DNA from: Candidatus Erginobacter occultus
GTDB lineage: Bacteria; Auribacterota; Erginobacteria; Erginobacterales; Erginobacteraceae
Length of the DNA stretch: 61,670 nucleotides
NCBI GenBank assembly: GCA_030765265.1
Contig: JAVCCZ010000064.1
Coordinates: 1 to 61,670, forward strand
Reading direction: 5' to 3'
The translations under genes were made by a program, and so were the position numbers. Below, piece by piece: positions 53,798 through 61,670 of the stretch (position 1 is its first letter; each line of letters begins with the position of its first letter). The notes under the pieces were generated by a model that did no database searches, was not told where the DNA came from, and saw only the letters and a program-made list of their open reading frames with translations.

Positions 53798-54742
53798 ATG
53801 AAAACGCGCTTTTTAATCTATCCGGCCGCGGCTCTCCTCCTGCTTCCCCTCCTCCTGGCGGCCTGCCGGGGGACCGGGGTCGAGATCGACCCGCTGGCGG
53901 CGGGGGAAGACCCGGATCTCCGGGCGGCCCGGATCCTCTGGGAGGAAGGGCAGGCCCGGGAGGCGGAGGACGAATGGAAGCGGGCGTTGAAAATCTACCG
54001 GGAACTGGTCGAGGATTATCCCCGCTCCCCCCAGGGCCCCGAGGCCCAGTTCCGGGTCGGGGTCTGCCTGGAGGAACTCGATGACCTCTACGGGGCTTTC
54101 CGGGCTTACCAAATCCTGCTCGAGGAATTCCCCGGCAAAGGCAACTTGGGCGAAATCCTCAGCCGCCAGTACGAGATCGGGGAGGCCTATCTCCAGGGGC
54201 GGAAACGCCCGTTCCTCTTCGTGAAAATCCGTTCCGGCCTCGGCCGGGCGGAGGAGATATTCCGGACGATCCTGAATAACGCCACCTTCAGCCAGGTCTC
54301 CCCCCGGGCCCAGTTCGGTCTGGCCAGGTCATTCCAGTTGCGAGGGGATTACCGGGAGGCGATCCTGGAGTACGAGCAGGTCCTGGTCAATTACCCCGGA
54401 GCCGAGGTCATCCCTCCGGCGCTTTTTCAGACCGGGGTATGTTATTATCAGGAGGCCCTCCGGGCCGATTATGACCAGCGGGAGGTGAACGAGGCCGTCC
54501 GGAACCTGCGGCGTTTCATCCACTCGTTTCCCGAAGATCCCCGCCGGGCCCGGGCGGAGGAGATGATCGTCGAACTGACGGACCGGAAGGCGAAAAAGGC
54601 CTTTGATATCGCCCGGTATTATGAAAGCAAAGGCTCGCCGACCGGCGCCCGGATCTACTACCGGGAAGTGGCGGAGCGATACCCGGAATCGAAATACGCC
54701 GGCCCCGCCCGGGAGAAACTTGATGAACTCGCGGGAGATTAA
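53798..54742 (+). CDS. bamD: BamD-like TPR outer-membrane assembly lipoprotein
   Basis: Lipobox LLLAAC, YfiO-like TPR helices, and C-terminal ARYYESKGSPTGARIYYREVAERYPESKYA. ATG at 53798 preferred over TTG at 53759. Confidence 0.6.
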   Translation: MKTRFLIYPAAALLLLPLLLAACRGTGVEIDPLAAGEDPDLRAARILWEEGQAREAEDEWKRALKIYRELVEDYPRSPQGPEAQFRVGVCLEELDDLYGAFRAYQILLEEFPGKGNLGEILSRQYEIGEAYLQGRKRPFLFVKIRSGLGRAEEIFRTILNNATFSQVSPRAQFGLARSFQLRGDYREAILEYEQVLVNYPGAEVIPPALFQTGVCYYQEALRADYDQREVNEAVRNLRRFIHSFPEDPRRARAEEMIVELTDRKAKKAFDIARYYESKGSPTGARIYYREVAERYPESKYAGPAREKLDELAGD

Positions 54743-55292
54743 GCAGATACCGCCAATGATCGACTCAAGGACAGGAAAAACCGGGTTGAGACCGTCCAGA
54801 TTCGGTCTCCTGATTCTGACCGCGCTCCTGTTCTCTTCCTGCGGCCCCTACCGCCTCGGGACCACCCTTCCCAATCACCTCCGGACGGTTTACGTCCCCA
54901 CTTTCGAAAACGAAACCTACGAGCCGGGGATCGAAATGGATATCACCGACGCGGTGATCACCCGCTTTCGGCAGGATGGTAACCTCCGCCCGGTGGCGGA
55001 GGAGGAGGCGGACACGGTGGTGACGGGGAAGATTATCGCCTGGGACCGCCGGGTGCTGGGCTATACCGGCCGGGACGAGAGCGACGTCGAGGAGTACCGG
55101 CTCTACGTCAACGCGGTCATTACCTTCCGGGAACGTTCGACCGGGGAGGACCTGCTCCGGGGACAGGAGGTCCAGGGATATACCGATTTCTACCTGGAGG
55201 GGGACCTCCCCTCGGCGGAAGAAGCCGCCCGGCCCCGGGCCTATCAGGACCTGGCCCGGAATATCGTCGACGTGGTAGTCTCGATCTGGTAG
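54723..55292 (+). CDS. LptE-like lipoprotein
   Basis: Lipobox ALLFSSCG, then YRLG...TVYVPTFENETYEPGIEMDITDAVITRF, resembling LptE/RlpB-family proteins. The alternative start ATG at 54756 avoids overlap with bamD. Confidence 0.4.
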   Translation: MNSREIKQIPPMIDSRTGKTGLRPSRFGLLILTALLFSSCGPYRLGTTLPNHLRTVYVPTFENETYEPGIEMDITDAVITRFRQDGNLRPVAEEEADTVVTGKIIAWDRRVLGYTGRDESDVEEYRLYVNAVITFRERSTGEDLLRGQEVQGYTDFYLEGDLPSAEEAARPRAYQDLARNIVDVVVSIW

Positions 55293-55382
55293 CACCGTCG
55301 CCCGGCCGTCAGGGTTCCCTTTATGGCCTTTCGGTCCCTTAAGACTTTTCCGGTTCGGTCAGTGTAAGGCGCGTCCTCCATT

Positions 55383-56366
55383 ATGAAAAAACTCCTCCCC
55401 GTTTATTGCCTGGTCGGCGAGGACGGCTACCGCCAGCGCGAGTTTTTCTCCGATCTCAAACGCCGCCTGTTGTCCGGGGACGATAATTCCCTCAACTACG
55501 AGTACTTCCCCCCCGGGGAAGCCGATCCCGCCCGGGTCCTCGACGCCGCCCGGACCCCGGCCTGGGACCTCTTCTCCGCCGGGACCGGCGTGGGCCGCTC
55601 CGCCCGGTTGGTTGTGGTTGACGGGGCGGAGTCCTTTTCCGCGGAACAATGGCGGAAACTGAAGGATTATTTCGACGATCCCGATCCCGCCTCCTGCCTG
55701 GTCTTCCTGGTCAACAAGCCGCAAAAGGAGTGGAAGGGAAAGAAATACCTCCCCGGAAAGTATTTGGTCAACTTCTCGCCTTTAAGAAAAGATAAGCTGT
55801 CCGCCTGGATCAACCGGGAGGCGTCCCGGCGTGGGCTGACCCTCTCCCGGGGACAGGTCGAGCAGTGCGCGCTGGCCGCCGGGAATGACCTGGGGGCGCT
55901 GGCCGGCGGCCTGGAGAGGCTGGCGATCTACCAGGGAGGAAAAGGTCGGGTCACCGATCAGGCAGTCCGCGATCTGGTCGGAGTCGGCGAGGAAGGTTCG
56001 GTCTTTGACCTGACGGAAATGGCGGCTGGGCGCCGGGCCGGGGAGGCCCTGGCCATCCTCAACCGGCTCCTCGACGAGGGCGAGGCCCCTCTGAGAATCT
56101 TTGCCCTGGTTACCGGATCGGTCAGGAAGCTCTGGCTGGGGGTGGACGCCTGGGAGCGAACCAAGGATCCTCAAACAGTCCTGGAAGCGGCCGGGGTCCG
56201 TTACTACCGGGAACAATTTCTCCGGCAGGTGAAGAAGCTCTCCTCCCCCCGGATTGCTTTCTGGTACCGGCGGCTGGTGGAGACGGATTGGGCCCTGAAA
56301 GGGGGGGAGAAAGACCCCCGCCTGGCCCTGGAGCGTCTGCTGATCGACCTGGCGGAGGCGGGTTAA
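55383..56366 (+). CDS. holA: DNA polymerase III delta subunit
   Basis: ~327 aa, N-terminal PVYCLVGEDGY, followed by the helical domain pattern of HolA. Confidence 0.75.
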   Translation: MKKLLPVYCLVGEDGYRQREFFSDLKRRLLSGDDNSLNYEYFPPGEADPARVLDAARTPAWDLFSAGTGVGRSARLVVVDGAESFSAEQWRKLKDYFDDPDPASCLVFLVNKPQKEWKGKKYLPGKYLVNFSPLRKDKLSAWINREASRRGLTLSRGQVEQCALAAGNDLGALAGGLERLAIYQGGKGRVTDQAVRDLVGVGEEGSVFDLTEMAAGRRAGEALAILNRLLDEGEAPLRIFALVTGSVRKLWLGVDAWERTKDPQTVLEAAGVRYYREQFLRQVKKLSSPRIAFWYRRLVETDWALKGGEKDPRLALERLLIDLAEAG

Positions 56367-56379
56367 GTAGTCCCCGGCC

Positions 56380-56676
56380 TCACTCCGCAGTATCTACAGC
56401 GGGATCGGTTTTCGCGGCGAGCGAATTGAGGGAACGGGTCTGCCGGGATTTCTTCCGGTCGCTGTAATTCTTCTTGACCAGGCCCTTCCCGGCGGCCCGG
56501 TCGAGCATAGAATGGGAGTCGAGCAGTTCTTTCCGGGCCTGGTCGCGGTCGCCGCTTTTGACCGCTTTCTCGAAGGCGCGGAGCTGGGAGCGGAGCCGTG
56601 ACCGGTCGGAGCGGTTTCTCTCCCGCCGGACTTCGTTCTGGCGCAGCCGCTTGGCGGCTGATGCTGACTGGGGCAT
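56380..56676 (-). CDS. rpsT: 30S ribosomal protein S20
   Basis: MPQSASAAKRLRQNEVRRERNRSDRSRLRSQLRAFEKAV... is a typical S20 N-terminus. 98 aa, very basic. Confidence 0.93.
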   Translation of the reverse strand: MPQSASAAKRLRQNEVRRERNRSDRSRLRSQLRAFEKAVKSGDRDQARKELLDSHSMLDRAAGKGLVKKNYSDRKKSRQTRSLNSLAAKTDPAVDTAE

Positions 56677-56716
56677 AGTAACTATCTCCTGTAATAACGT
56701 GGCTTTGGTTTTTCTG

Positions 56717-56784
56717 AATCGCTATCGCTATCGACTTCCTTAACAAAACCCTCGGCAAACAGGATCTCGATCCCGATAGCGATT
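56717..56784. repeat. 18-nt inverted pair of the GATAGCGAT family in the rpsT/murJ divergent region
   Basis: AATCGCTATCGCTATCGA (56717-56734) and TCGATCCCGATAGCGATT (56767-56784) are separated by 32 nt. About 15-16 of 18 positions are complementary. Confidence 0.75.
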
Positions 56785-56848
56785 AATGTGTATGTTGCAT
56801 TATTTTGAATAAACCGGAACCTCTGGGTATTCAATCAAAGCGGACTAT

Positions 56849-58477
56849 ATGAACAATTCCCACCCCGGTCAAGGGGAAAAAGCCTCCGCCGGACGAAAGA
56901 CCAGCCATCAGGTCACCCGTTCCGCCTCCGTGGTCGGCGGCGCCACCCTGGTCAGCCGGGTCCTCGGGCTGGTCCGGGATATCCTGACCGCCGGGGTCTT
57001 CGGGACCGGCACCGCCCTCTCGGCCTTCGTTGTCGCCTTCACCATCCCCAACCTCTTCCGCAAGCTCCTGGGGGAGGGGGCCCTGACCGCGGCCTTTGTC
57101 CCGGTCTTTACCGAGTACCGGGAGCGGCGGGGAAACGGGGCGGGCTGGCGGGTGGCCTCGATCATCTTCTCTCTCTCCACCCTGGTCCTGGGGGCGCTGG
57201 TGGTGCTGGGGTTCATCCTGATCTGGGCTATTACCGGGACCTTCGAACTCAGCGAGCGCTTCCTTTTGGTCTTTGGGCTCTTGAGGATTATGCTCCCCTA
57301 CCTCTTCTTCATCTGCCTGGTCGGGCTGGCGATGGGGATCTTGAACAGCCTGAGACATTTCGCCGTCCCCGCCTTCTCCCCGGTGATCCTCAACCTGGTC
57401 TGGATCGCCTCCCTCTTTTTCATCTGCCCCCGGTTCGGCGAGGACCCGAGCCGGCGGATCTTCGGGTTGGCGATCGGGGTGCTGATTGGCGGGGCGATCC
57501 AGCTCGGGGTCCAGGTCCCGGTCTTAAGGAAGAAGGGCTTCCCTTTTAAGTTCATCCCCGATTGGCGCGACCCGGCGGCGAGAAAGATCGCCCTCCTGAT
57601 GGGGCCGGGGATCCTCGGCTTCGCCGTCTTCCAGATCAACACCGCCCTCGACGGTTTCCTCGCCCTGGTGATCGGGCCCAACGCCCCGGCCGCCCTCTTT
57701 TTCGGCAACCGGCTGGTCCAGTTCCCCCTCGGGGTCTTCGGGCTGGCCTTTGCCACCGCGGTCCTGCCGGTGATGGCCCGGCTGATGGCCCGGGGGGAGA
57801 GAGCGGAGTTTATCGGCGCCTTCTCCCACGGACTCCGGAGCGTCCTGCTGATCACGGTCCCGGCGGCGGCCGGGCTGATTGTGCTCCGCCGGCCGATCAT
57901 CTCCCTGATCTTCCAGCGGGGGGCATTCGGTCCCGAATCCGCCGCCGCCACCGCCTGGGTGCTCCTCTGGTACAGCCTCGGGCTGCCCGCCTTTGCCGCC
58001 CTGAAGATCATCACCCAGGGGTTTTACTCCTGCCAGGACACCAAAACGCCGGTCAAGATCGGTTTCTGCGCGATGCTCCTCAACCTCGGCTTGAACCTGG
58101 CGGTGGTCTTCAACCCTTGGCTGAGGGAACACTTCCGGGAAGGCGGCCTCGCGCTTTCGACCAGCATCGCCGCCCTCCTCAACGCCGGTGCCCTCTACTG
58201 GCTCTTCCGCCGGCGACTGGGGATGATCCGGGGGAAGGAACTGCTCGCTTTCCTCATCCGCCTCCTCCCGACCACGGCGGCGATGGCCCTGGCCTGCCAT
58301 TACAGTCTGATTCTGATCTCGCCCCGGCTCCCGGCCGCGGCCCTCCCGGCCCGGATCCTCTCGGTCGCCGTACCGGTCGCCGCCGGTCTCACCGTCTTCG
58401 CCCTTGCCGTCCTGGTCCTGAAGATCGACGAGGCCCGCGACCTCCTTCGCGCCCTGAAACGTAACCGTCCCGCGTAG
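56849..58477 (+). CDS. murJ: Lipid II flippase MurJ
   Basis: SRVLGLVRDILTAGVFGTGTALSAFVVAFTIPNLFRKLLGEGALTAAFVPVF is the MurJ/MviN N-terminal signature. 14-TM-scale hydrophobic protein. Confidence 0.92.
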   Translation: MNNSHPGQGEKASAGRKTSHQVTRSASVVGGATLVSRVLGLVRDILTAGVFGTGTALSAFVVAFTIPNLFRKLLGEGALTAAFVPVFTEYRERRGNGAGWRVASIIFSLSTLVLGALVVLGFILIWAITGTFELSERFLLVFGLLRIMLPYLFFICLVGLAMGILNSLRHFAVPAFSPVILNLVWIASLFFICPRFGEDPSRRIFGLAIGVLIGGAIQLGVQVPVLRKKGFPFKFIPDWRDPAARKIALLMGPGILGFAVFQINTALDGFLALVIGPNAPAALFFGNRLVQFPLGVFGLAFATAVLPVMARLMARGERAEFIGAFSHGLRSVLLITVPAAAGLIVLRRPIISLIFQRGAFGPESAAATAWVLLWYSLGLPAFAALKIITQGFYSCQDTKTPVKIGFCAMLLNLGLNLAVVFNPWLREHFREGGLALSTSIAALLNAGALYWLFRRRLGMIRGKELLAFLIRLLPTTAAMALACHYSLILISPRLPAAALPARILSVAVPVAAGLTVFALAVLVLKIDEARDLLRALKRNRPA

Positions 58478-58539
58478 CCCACGGCTTTAGCCGTGGCCCG
58501 GTTCACCAGGCAAGCAAGATTGGTTAAATGCCCGGCCAA

Positions 58540-58758
58540 TTAAGCAACTTGATAAATCAGGGGACGAAATTGAGGATCCGGTATGGGTTTTCCGTCGGAC
58601 CGGGCTGCTTCCAGCCAGGCCTCTTTTGCCTGTAATACCTCCCGCAATGCCTCTTCCGGCGTTGCGCCGAAAGCGGAACAATGTTGCAGGTCGGGTATAT
58701 CGGCAATATACCCCTTGTCATCTTCGCTGAAAAAGACGTTGATATGATAATCTCGCAT
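58540..58758 (-). CDS. hicB: HicB-family type II antitoxin
   Basis: YHINVFFSEDDKGYIADIPDLQHCSAFGATPEEALREVLQAKEAWLEAARSDGKPIPDP matches the HicB/UPF0150 N-domain pattern. The start overlaps the hicA stop (TAATG). Confidence 0.78.
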   Translation of the reverse strand: MRDYHINVFFSEDDKGYIADIPDLQHCSAFGATPEEALREVLQAKEAWLEAARSDGKPIPDPQFRPLIYQVA

Positions 58759-59009
58759 TATTCGTCCTCCATCTGGAGGTTATGTCTTTCAATAATCTTC
58801 AATAATTGTTTCACCTGATATGGTTTTGCTTTCCCTCCCACATCCTGAAGGTTTACCATTTCCGGCACATCGGGATGTGTGAAAATATGATGGCTGCCTT
58901 TCGTGCGGGACAATCGAAAACCAAATAATCTGGCACAGGCAGTTGCTTCGGAAAATCGGATATTTTTTGGACTGGCCAGTAAGTTTTCTAACAATTTACG
59001 TTTTCTCAT
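58758..59009 (-). CDS. hicA: HicA-family type II toxin (mRNA interferase)
   Basis: 83 aa. LFGFRLSRTKGSHHIFTHP...V...GGKAKPYQVKQLLKIIE pattern with the conserved His. Toxin-first order typical of hicAB. Confidence 0.8.
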   Translation of the reverse strand: MRKRKLLENLLASPKNIRFSEATACARLFGFRLSRTKGSHHIFTHPDVPEMVNLQDVGGKAKPYQVKQLLKIIERHNLQMEDE

Positions 59010-59111
59010 TGGCGTTTCAGCAAGCTACCATAATTGTTAACCCGAAGTCAATTTCCAAAAATTCCAGCAGAAATACTTCGAGCCGGAGTTGATTAACTCA
59101 GAAATCCCCGA

Positions 59112-59207
59112 ATGAACAAGATCCTCATTGTCGATGACGAACAATCGATACCGCCTGGGTGCTGCTCTGGTACAGACTGGGCCTGCCCGCCTTCGCCGCC
59201 CTGAAGA
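59112..59207 (+). pseudogene. Chimeric gene-fragment scar: response-regulator receiver N-terminus (13 codons) fused to a 57-bp murJ-like internal fragment
   Basis: ATG AAC AAG ATC CTC ATT GTC GAT GAC GAA CAA TCG ATA encodes MNKILIVDDEQSI. Then 59151-59207 matches murJ 57951-58007 at 52 of 57 positions, in a different frame. Confidence 0.7.
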
Positions 59208-59293
59208 AACCCGATCATCGGGCAGGGAAATAGATGGGAGAGGGGAACGAATCGGCGGGAAGGTATGACAATTCCGCCCAGCGGGGGAAAAGC

Positions 59294-60343
59294 TTAATAT
59301 TTGTAGTCGCTGCCGCCGATGAACTCGCGGAGCAGTGACTTCTTCGGGACGCAGGAATCGTCTTCGACGGTGGTGATGGTGTCGAGGAGTTCGTGGACCC
59401 GTTGGGCTCGGAGGAAGGCGTCCCGCTTGCCGGGGTCTTCGCCGAACTTTTTCATCGCTTCCTTGAGGGCGGCAAACGAGTACTTCTTGTGGATCGGCAG
59501 TTCGTAGGCCAGGGCGCCGTTGACCACGAAATCGGTCTCGGTGATGAAAGGGACGATGTGCCGCATCTCGCTCTTGCGGACGTAGTGCCAGTGGCCGATG
59601 GTGGCCACCGGGGAGTAGCTCCGGTGCCAGCTGTCCCGGATCATCCGGCGCAAAAGCCGGATGTCGGTCCAGCGGGTCCACTCCCCGTTGACGTCCTTGA
59701 GCTGGGAGAGGGTCTCGATGTAGAGCCGGAACTTGTTCTCCGGCGGGACCGACTCGGTCATCGGCGCGAAGAGGCCGTGGAGGCTGTCGATCAGGATGAT
59801 CTCGTCTTCCCCGATCTTCAGCGGGATCGTCTCCTTCTCCCGGAGCCCGGACTTGAAATTGTAGATCGGCATCTGGATCTCTTTCCCGGCCAGCAATTCG
59901 CCCAGGTGCTTGTTGATCAGGGGGAGGTCGAGCGCCTGGGGGGTTTCGAAGTCGTAGTCGCCGTACTCGTCCTTGGGGTGCATCTCGAGGTCGAAGAAGT
60001 AATTGTCGAGGACCATCGGGACCAGCTTCAGGTTTCTCTCCCTCAGCCGTTCGGCGATCTTGTTGGTGGTGGTGGTCTTCCCGGAACTGGAAGGGCCGGC
60101 GATGATCACCAACCGGATCGGTTTCTCGCTGTCTAAAATCGCCCGGGCGGCCATATCGGTATACCAGTGGTAGCGTTCGTCGGCGGCCTTGACCAGGTCG
60201 GGGAACGTCCCGTCGGCGATCCGCCGGTTCAACCCCTGTACGGTATCCACGCCCTGCTCGGCGTACCAGCGGTAGGTCCCCTCGATCACCTGCATCGGGA
60301 TGTTGTTCTTTCGGTATCCGGTATCCGTGTTCTGCGTATCCAT
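59294..60343 (-). CDS. P-loop nucleoside/uridine-kinase-family (PRK-fold) protein of unclear substrate
   Basis: Walker A IIAGPSSSGKTTT, then LDNYFFD...DFETPQALD...PIYNFKSG...IILIDSLHGL...YIETLSQL...RLLRRMIRDSWHR..., resembling long Udk-like proteins. ~85-aa N-terminal region of unknown type. Confidence 0.6.
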   Translation of the reverse strand: MDTQNTDTGYRKNNIPMQVIEGTYRWYAEQGVDTVQGLNRRIADGTFPDLVKAADERYHWYTDMAARAILDSEKPIRLVIIAGPSSSGKTTTTNKIAERLRERNLKLVPMVLDNYFFDLEMHPKDEYGDYDFETPQALDLPLINKHLGELLAGKEIQMPIYNFKSGLREKETIPLKIGEDEIILIDSLHGLFAPMTESVPPENKFRLYIETLSQLKDVNGEWTRWTDIRLLRRMIRDSWHRSYSPVATIGHWHYVRKSEMRHIVPFITETDFVVNGALAYELPIHKKYSFAALKEAMKKFGEDPGKRDAFLRAQRVHELLDTITTVEDDSCVPKKSLLREFIGGSDYKY

Positions 60344-60485
60344 AATGGTTTCCTCCGGCCCGGGACAGACCTGAATAGTGTTTATCTCGGGGAAAATCTC
60401 CGGGCCTTTTCGTGATTAAAGCTTAATAACAGTTTATCCAATGGGTTAAGCTAATAGGGGGAGGGGCGGGTTGTCAATTTAAAAG

Positions 60486-61235
60486 TTACGGCCCGGTTAC
60501 TTCCCGCCAGGAGGACTTCAGAGTGTCGTTGACCAGTGATTTTACCGGGCCGACGGTTAAAACGTCGAGTTCCCGGACCACCAGGGAAGTGCTGACCGAG
60601 AGTGAGGGGATATTTCTCCAGTAAAACCGGGGAGAGGGTGGGAAGATATAGGTGGTGCCGCTGTGGAAATTGAATTCGGCGGCCTGCCGGAGTCCCTCGC
60701 CCCGTTCTTTCGGAACAGCTTCGAAGAAGCAGTTCGGGTAATGCTCCGAGTCCTGGAAGGCAAGGATCTCCCGGTCCCAGGCTTCTTCCATTCCGGTGAA
60801 GAGGGAGGTCTCGGATTGGGTCGCTAAGAGGATCCGCTTTTCTCCCTCCGGGTCCCCGCTGACGATCGAATCCCGGCTGATGATCTGCTCGATATGGAGC
60901 GGGGGGAGGTGGGAGAAGATACAGAGCTGGACCTCGCCCCCGGTCAGATCGCTGTCGATCAGGATCGTCAGTTCGACCGGGACGTAAACGTGGCCGGGAC
61001 GGACCTCGTCCGTCTGGGGGCCGCGGGGGATGGGAACCTTTCTCAGGACCAGCCGGGCGCCCCGGAGATCTCCGCCTGGGTAGGGTTCTTCCGGGTGGAG
61101 AATGTCTTCCCGGTCACCCGAAGGGTCAGCGGTTTCCAGGACCAGGTAATCGCCGGCGGTTGCCGGGGCGGGGTTCAGACCCGACGCCAGGGCGGCGACG
61201 GTCAGAGCAAGCAGGAATATTTTTCTGCCGGGCAT
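60486..61235 (-). CDS. Secreted hypothetical protein
   Basis: The ATG at 61235 gives the signal peptide MPGRKIFLLALTVAALASGLNPAPATAG. The listed longer ORF (to 61448) runs antisense into ispH. No recognisable domain. Confidence 0.55.
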   Translation of the reverse strand: MPGRKIFLLALTVAALASGLNPAPATAGDYLVLETADPSGDREDILHPEEPYPGGDLRGARLVLRKVPIPRGPQTDEVRPGHVYVPVELTILIDSDLTGGEVQLCIFSHLPPLHIEQIISRDSIVSGDPEGEKRILLATQSETSLFTGMEEAWDREILAFQDSEHYPNCFFEAVPKERGEGLRQAAEFNFHSGTTYIFPPSPRFYWRNIPSLSVSTSLVVRELDVLTVGPVKSLVNDTLKSSWREVTGP

Positions 61236-61332
61236 AATATCCACCGGGAATATCTTAACTGGAATTAAAATATATTCAAGTGAGGATGAGGGGCCAGGCC
61301 CGGGTTGCCAACCGGGCGGGCGGAGGGGTATA

Positions 61333-61670
61333 ATGGGGACAATGAAGATCGTGACCGCGAAAAAAGCCGGGTTCTGTATGGGGGTGAAACGGGCGCTGGA
61401 GATGGTCCTGGACCGGGCCCGCCGGGAGGAGAAGAAGAGGATCGTCACCTACGGCCCCCTGATCCATAATCCCCAGGTGGTGGCGCTCCTCTCCTCAAAG
61501 CGGATCTCCGCCACCCGTGACCGGGGGGAATTCACCCCCGACGCTATCTGTTTCATCTCCGCCCACGGCATTTCGCCCCAAACCAGGCGGGACCTGAAAA
61601 GCACCGGCGCCCGGGTCTGCGACGCCAGCTGCCCCGATGTCCTCAAGGTCCAGGGGACGATCCGGAAGTA
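61333..61670 (+). CDS. ispH: 4-hydroxy-3-methylbut-2-enyl diphosphate reductase (IspH/LytB), 3' end outside window
   Basis: Not in the ORF track because it has no stop within the window. Translation gives MGTMKIVTAKKAGFCMGVKRALEMV...YGPLIHNPQVV...FISAHGISP...VCDASCPDVLKV, matching the IspH pattern with its Cys ligands. GGAGG SD 6 nt upstream. Confidence 0.85.
   Translation, partial: MGTMKIVTAKKAGFCMGVKRALEMVLDRARREEKKRIVTYGPLIHNPQVVALLSSKRISATRDRGEFTPDAICFISAHGISPQTRRDLKSTGARVCDASCPDVLKVQGTIRK

Noticed and set aside
57951-59151. The exact 1200-bp offset between the murJ segment and its near-copy, as a sign of a designed or periodic structure.
   Set aside because: No other feature shows 1200-bp periodicity. 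It is most likely coincidence, and is noted only in the scar finding.
57951-59207. Diversity-generating retroelement (template/variable repeat pair) explanation for the murJ fragment duplicate.
   Set aside because: The five mismatches are not adenine-specific (C/G, C/A, C/G, G/C, T/C). No reverse transcriptase is nearby. The copy is only 57 bp and out of frame.
59393-60136. 247-aa + strand ORF opposite the kinase-fold gene.
   Set aside because: It has a low-complexity Gly/Val/Asp/Leu-rich translation without motifs. The minus-strand frame carries a clear Walker A and a Udk-like core.
61276-61646. Minus-strand ORFs 61276..61467 and 61449..61646, and the extended start (61448) of the secreted-protein ORF.
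   Set aside because: They are antisense to the clearly recognisable ispH N-terminus on the + strand. The secreted protein has a proper signal peptide from the ATG at 61235.

Overview
A 61.7-kb, high-G+C, gene-dense chromosomal segment that appears to come from an uncultivated diderm (outer-membrane-bearing) bacterium. It carries about 50 genes, almost all on the + strand. In order: a peptide-type ABC importer (2 permeases, 2 ATPases), tRNA-Leu(GAG), an OM beta-barrel protein, a membrane pyrophosphatase, and an envelope lipoprotein cluster (HEAT/TPR/LysM). Then secA, lnt, prfB (with the classical +1 frameshift site), lysS, lolC/E-lolD, ilvE, mcsA-mcsB-clpC, proS, a tolC-macA-macB-type efflux operon and hydF. 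Then the nusA-infB-rbfA-nrnA-truB-ribF-rpsO-pnp block, ftsK, a rodZ-like gene, rimO, pgsA-pgpA, bamD plus an lptE-like gene, holA, rpsT (-) and murJ. The window ends with a small AT-rich hicAB islet, a gene-fragment scar, a minus-strand pair of unknown function, and the 5' part of ispH. I found no CRISPR array, rRNA, integrase, transposase or recognisable defence island. The unusual content is mostly non-coding. (1) Many intergenic spacers are built from degenerate 6-8-nt tandem arrays that run from the stop codon of one gene to the start codon of the next, sometimes containing the stop codon. (2) Several unrelated families of palindromic MITE-like elements sit between operon genes, including a tandem pair and a nested pair. 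(3) mcsA is split across two reading frames. (4) hydF is present without other hydrogenase genes in view. (5) A hicAB cassette lies next to a chimeric scar containing a 57-bp near-copy of an internal murJ segment. All functional calls rest on motif recognition by eye; no database search was possible.
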